Shown here piece after piece: positions 16,347-19,856 of a DNA stretch of 19,856 bases; within the stretch, counting starts at the first letter, position 1, and the number at the start of each line of letters is the position of its first letter. The notes below the pieces were generated by a model. It was not told the DNA's origin. It worked only from the letters and a program-made list of their open reading frames with translations, and made no database searches. Source of the DNA: an uncultured bacterium (GTDB lineage Bacteria > CSSED10-310 > CAZUFC01); NCBI GenBank assembly GCA_964619725.1, contig CAZUFC010000136.1, positions 711 through 20,566 on the forward strand, read 5' to 3'. Both the position numbers and the translations under genes were made by a program.

Positions 16347-18368
16347 ATGGCGATAGTCAACTCCAAGACAAAAGAAATAAGGAAATCATATACGGTCCCG
16401 GAATTGGAGGAAAAAGCCAATTATATGCGGGGACTGAACATGGTAATTCTAGCGGCTGCAGGTTCGGGTCATTCGGGCGGCACCATGTCCATCATGGATA
16501 TAACTGCAGCATTGTATCTGCACAGCGCGAACCATGATCCTGAGAATCCGTTTTGGGAAGATCGCGACAGAATCATCTGGTCTACGGGACATAAAGCCCC
16601 TTCGCTTTATATCGCGTTAGGAATGGCCGGATACTTCGACGTTGAAGATACGGTCCGTTTGAGAAAACTGGGATCGCCTTACCAGGGACATCCGCACTGG
16701 CTGAAATTGGACGGCGTGGAAGCATCAACCGGTTCGCTGGGACAGGGATTGAGCATAGCGGTCGGCATAGCTTTGGTGGCCAAGCTTGACGGTAAAGGCT
16801 ACCAGGTTTTTTCATTAAACGGAGACGGCGAGCTGCAGGAAGGGCAAATATGGGAAGCCGTTATGGAAGCAGGTCATTACAAGCTGGATAATGTGATCTG
16901 TTTCGTGGACAAAAACAGGCTTCAGATCGACGGATGGGTTAAAGATGTCATGGATATAGAACCTCTGGTCGATAAATTCAAATCTTTCAAGTGGAACGTG
17001 ATGGAGATCGACGGCCACAATATGAAAGAAATTGTGGAGGCGATCGATAAGGCGAAAGCCCACCAGGGAAGCCCTACGGCCATCATTGCCGAAACCGTCA
17101 AGGGAAAGGGCGTCGATTTCATGGAAGATGTCGCAGGCTGGCATGGTAAACCGCCTAGTATCGAACAGATGCATGACGCCCTGAGACAGTTGAATCTGGA
17201 AGATAAAATAGATGCCGAGAAATTACTCAAAAGGGCCGAAGATTACCAGAAAGAAGTCGATAAAAAATTAGAAGAAAAAATGCCCAAAGTGGCGAAGAAA
17301 GATTATTTCTGGAATAAGCAGGACGTGATGAAAGCAGATATGGACCCCACCAGGAAGGGCTTCGGCCGTTGTCTGAACGAATGCGGCTGCGATGAGAGGG
17401 TTGTTTGCCTGGGCGCCGACATTTCGGGTTCCATAACCATAAGCGATTTCCATAAAGGTTTTCCGGAAAGAGAAAAAAGGTTCTTGAGCATGGGAATAGC
17501 GGAACAGAGCATGACGTGCGTTGCAGCAGGATTGGCCAAAGAAGGCAAATTGCCGGTTATCGGCACTTACGGCGTTTTCGCTTCCGGAAGAAACCTGGAT
17601 CAGTTGAGAACAACGGTTTGCTATGGCGAGTATAATGTTTTCGTGGCGGGAGCGCATGGAGGCGTATCCGTAGGTCCCGACGGGGCTACGCACCAGGCAT
17701 TGGAAGAATTATTCCAGTTGACGGGACTGCCCAACATGAACGTAAGCGTTCCCTGCGATTCCGTGGAAACCGAAAAGGCTGCGGAGCACCTGCTTTTCAA
17801 CGTCAATGGCCCGAAATACCTGAGATTCGCCAGGGAGGCGACCCCTATCGTCACGGACGAAAACACGCCCTATAAGTGGGGAACCGCTAACGTGATACGT
17901 TTCCGGGGCGTTAAAGAAAGATTCATAGATGCTTTTGAAACGAAACTCGCCGATGAATATCAGGACGAAAATGAAGACCTGGCCATTATCGCTTGCGGAC
18001 CCAGCGTTCCCGAAGCGATGAGGGCAGCCTGGATACTCAAGGAACAATACGGCATCGAAACCAGGGTCGTTAATTGCCACACCATAAAACCGCTGGATAA
18101 AAAATCGCTCATCAAAACTGCGCAGGAAATCGACCTCATCGTTACTGCAGAAGAACACCAGGTCGGAGGTTTCGGGAATCTGGCCGCAGCATGCCTGACT
18201 ACGGCCGAAGAACTCTACGGTAAACCTGTACACATCGGAATGATAGGCGTCAAAGACCGTTTCGGCGAATCAGGAGCTCCCTGGGAACTGATAAAAGAAT
18301 TCGAGGTCAGCGGCGAACATATCGTTCAGAAATCTGTCGATATCCTGAAAACGGCCGGCAAACTCTGA
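16347..18368 (+). CDS. tkt: Transketolase (single chain, TPP-dependent), 673 aa
   Basis: SGHSGG, RDRIIWSTGH, YQGHP, TGSLGQG, TPP motif GDGELQEGQIWEA...N, GWHGK, GIAEQ, DGATHQ and KDRFGESG. Confidence 0.92.
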   Translation: MAIVNSKTKEIRKSYTVPELEEKANYMRGLNMVILAAAGSGHSGGTMSIMDITAALYLHSANHDPENPFWEDRDRIIWSTGHKAPSLYIALGMAGYFDVEDTVRLRKLGSPYQGHPHWLKLDGVEASTGSLGQGLSIAVGIALVAKLDGKGYQVFSLNGDGELQEGQIWEAVMEAGHYKLDNVICFVDKNRLQIDGWVKDVMDIEPLVDKFKSFKWNVMEIDGHNMKEIVEAIDKAKAHQGSPTAIIAETVKGKGVDFMEDVAGWHGKPPSIEQMHDALRQLNLEDKIDAEKLLKRAEDYQKEVDKKLEEKMPKVAKKDYFWNKQDVMKADMDPTRKGFGRCLNECGCDERVVCLGADISGSITISDFHKGFPEREKRFLSMGIAEQSMTCVAAGLAKEGKLPVIGTYGVFASGRNLDQLRTTVCYGEYNVFVAGAHGGVSVGPDGATHQALEELFQLTGLPNMNVSVPCDSVETEKAAEHLLFNVNGPKYLRFAREATPIVTDENTPYKWGTANVIRFRGVKERFIDAFETKLADEYQDENEDLAIIACGPSVPEAMRAAWILKEQYGIETRVVNCHTIKPLDKKSLIKTAQEIDLIVTAEEHQVGGFGNLAAACLTTAEELYGKPVHIGMIGVKDRFGESGAPWELIKEFEVSGEHIVQKSVDILKTAGKL

Positions 18369-18386
18369 TTTTTTGTAAATAAAAAT

Positions 18387-18424
18387 AAAAAAGGCGCTCC
18401 GTCATCTTCGGAACGCCTTTTTTT
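18387..18424 (+). terminator. Intrinsic (potentially bidirectional) terminator after tkt
   Basis: aaaaaa ggcg c tccg tcatctt cgga a cgcc ttttttt: GC stem, T7 tail and upstream A-run. Confidence 0.8.
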
Positions 18425-18442
18425 ATGAGGACTCATTCATAA

Positions 18443-18496
18443 AAATTGAGGCAACGTTTTATGTGACCCGCATCACACAAAACGATGTCTCAATTT
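18443..18496. promoter_or_regulatory. 24-bp-arm imperfect inverted repeat whose centre is a perfect TGTGA-N6-TCACA box (18462-18477)
   Basis: aaattgaggcaacgttttatgtga cccgca tcacacaaaacgatgtctcaattt; 21/24 positions are complementary. Confidence 0.6.
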
Positions 18497-18509
18497 CCAT
18501 GATTATCTG

Positions 18510-18539
18510 TTGCAAAAGCTGTCTGAAAGCAATTATAAT
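18510..18539 (+). promoter_or_regulatory. Sigma70-type promoter for the alpha/beta hydrolase operon
   Basis: TTGCAA-N18-TATAAT, ~50 nt upstream of ATG 18591. Confidence 0.5.
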
Positions 18540-18590
18540 AAAATCCCGTTTTTCCCCTGATCATTATGACTGGAAAGGCTTACTTTATTC

Positions 18591-19463
18591 ATGAGCAATA
18601 GCAGAGCAGGATACGTTAAAGCTTCGGACGGAACCTCGTTGTATTATGAAACTGCCGGCCAGGGATCGCCGGCCTTCGTTTTATTCAGCGGCATCGGCTG
18701 CGACAGCACGTTCTGGAAATATATCATCAGGGATTTTCGCAAGAACCATCAAATATTGTCCTGGCATTACAAGGGACATGGTTTTTCAGAATTGCCCCGC
18801 AACTGGAAGAGTCTCACCATTCCCGGCGTCGTTGAGGATGCTTTGATTATAATGAAGCATGTGGGTATTGATAAGGCCGTTTTATTCGGACACAGCATGG
18901 GGGTACAGGTTATACTGGAATTTTTCCGTCGTCATCGGAAAAGGGCGCTGGGACTTGTTCCTATTTGCGGGGCCCTCGGACATCCCTTCAATCATTTTCT
19001 TCACACAGGCCTGTCCAGAAAATTCTTTCCTCTCCCTTACCTGGCCGGCACCTGCCTTCCCCGGTGGACGCACAAATTCGTCAATGAAGTGATCGAATCG
19101 CCGCTCAGCCGCCCTATTGCCTGGACGATCGGCGTCAACCGCTACCTGATGAAAGATGAAGACCTGGATCAATACATGAATCACCTGAAAAAAATGCATC
19201 CCAAAGTTTTCATGATGATGGCGGAGGGGATGAAAGACCATACGGCCGAATCCTGGCTGACAGAGGTCGATATTCCCACACTGATCATCGCCGGCACAAA
19301 AGATCACTTCACTCCCTACTGGATGTCGCTTAAATTATTCGAAGCCGTTAAACACTCGGAACTCATAACCATTCCCGAAGGAAGCCATGCGGCACACGTA
19401 GAAATGCCCCGGTTCGCCAACAGGGCCATCAGAAAATTCATTGCAAAGCATTACGGAAAATGA
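18591..19463 (+). CDS. Alpha/beta fold hydrolase, 290 aa
   Basis: DGTSLYYE, WHYKGHGFS, nucleophile GHSMG, PTLIIAGTKD and GSHAAHVE (Ser-Asp-His triad). Confidence 0.92.
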   Translation: MSNSRAGYVKASDGTSLYYETAGQGSPAFVLFSGIGCDSTFWKYIIRDFRKNHQILSWHYKGHGFSELPRNWKSLTIPGVVEDALIIMKHVGIDKAVLFGHSMGVQVILEFFRRHRKRALGLVPICGALGHPFNHFLHTGLSRKFFPLPYLAGTCLPRWTHKFVNEVIESPLSRPIAWTIGVNRYLMKDEDLDQYMNHLKKMHPKVFMMMAEGMKDHTAESWLTEVDIPTLIIAGTKDHFTPYWMSLKLFEAVKHSELITIPEGSHAAHVEMPRFANRAIRKFIAKHYGK

Positions 19464-19762
19464 CCGGGTTTGCTGAAAAAAACAAAAAACGCCGCACCGT
19501 AAAGGACACCGTTTCTATTCTTGTTGAATTGCCTCGCTCAAAAATCGCCTACGTCTCATTTATTTTCCAGTGCTATGAATACCTGGGCGTCGTTCTGACG
19601 AGAGACCCGCACAAAGCCCTGATAGAAATTATGACTCCGCCCGGCTTTGTCAGGGACGTCCTCAGACTGCTACATTCCTTAAAAAATGAGAATGATCTAC
19701 ATGACCTCAGAATTATCGATTCCAGCGACGTTACAGTCGACGGCCAGGATGCAGAGAATTGA
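19460..19762 (+). CDS. DUF4911-like small protein, 100 aa
   Basis: ATGA overlap with the hydrolase. IAYVSFIFQCYEYLGVVLTRDP...IEIMTPPG...V..LL.SL resembles the DUF4911 pattern as recalled. Confidence 0.6.
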   Translation: MTGFAEKNKKRRTVKDTVSILVELPRSKIAYVSFIFQCYEYLGVVLTRDPHKALIEIMTPPGFVRDVLRLLHSLKNENDLHDLRIIDSSDVTVDGQDAEN

Positions 19763-19804
19763 GATCAGAAGCGCAATCCTTCAGCAGGCAAAAAACAAAT
19801 CTTT

Positions 19805-19850
19805 GGCATTGATCAAAAAAGCCTCTTTTGAGGTTACAATTCGACAGAAT
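19805..19850 (+). repeat. Dispersed intergenic element, copy 3
   Basis: ggcattgatcaa aaaagcctc ttttgaggttacaattcgacagaat. Confidence 0.9.
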
Positions 19851-19856
19851 CGTCTG

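Noticed and set aside
6289-19307. Long antisense or alternative-frame ORFs (e.g. 6289-6816, 14858-15487, 17709-18233, 18882-19307)
   Set aside because: They lie wholly within well-supported genes on the opposite strand and have no motifs; shadow ORFs.

Overview
Bacterial chromosomal window, probably from an uncultured lineage (taxon cannot be assigned from the sequence). It holds mostly housekeeping or conserved genes: a nucleoside 2-deoxyribosyltransferase-like gene (-), an apparent operon of two polytopic GT-C-like membrane proteins (the second with C-terminal TPRs) plus queG, a collapsed RHH/PIN toxin-antitoxin remnant (-), an unknown 400-aa secreted protein (-), an S9 peptidase followed by sbcD-sbcC, a surface-anchored metallophosphoesterase with an IPTL-CTERM-like tail, a single-chain transketolase, an alpha/beta hydrolase and a DUF4911-like gene. 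The unusual signals are mainly non-coding. (1) A 329-bp tandem duplication at the left edge carries four triplets of 10-bp-periodic TTCGCGTGAA-like units. (2) A dispersed intergenic element GGCATTGATCAA-N9-TTTTGAGGTT occurs three times. (3) A near-consensus sigma54 promoter with palindromic GTTTCC-N3-GGAAAC sites precedes the unknown secreted protein. (4) A perfect TGTGA-N6-TCACA box sits inside a 24-bp-arm inverted repeat. (5) G/C skew appears to oscillate on a kb scale. All family calls rest on motif recognition, not database searches. No rRNA, tRNA, CRISPR array or intact transposase was seen.
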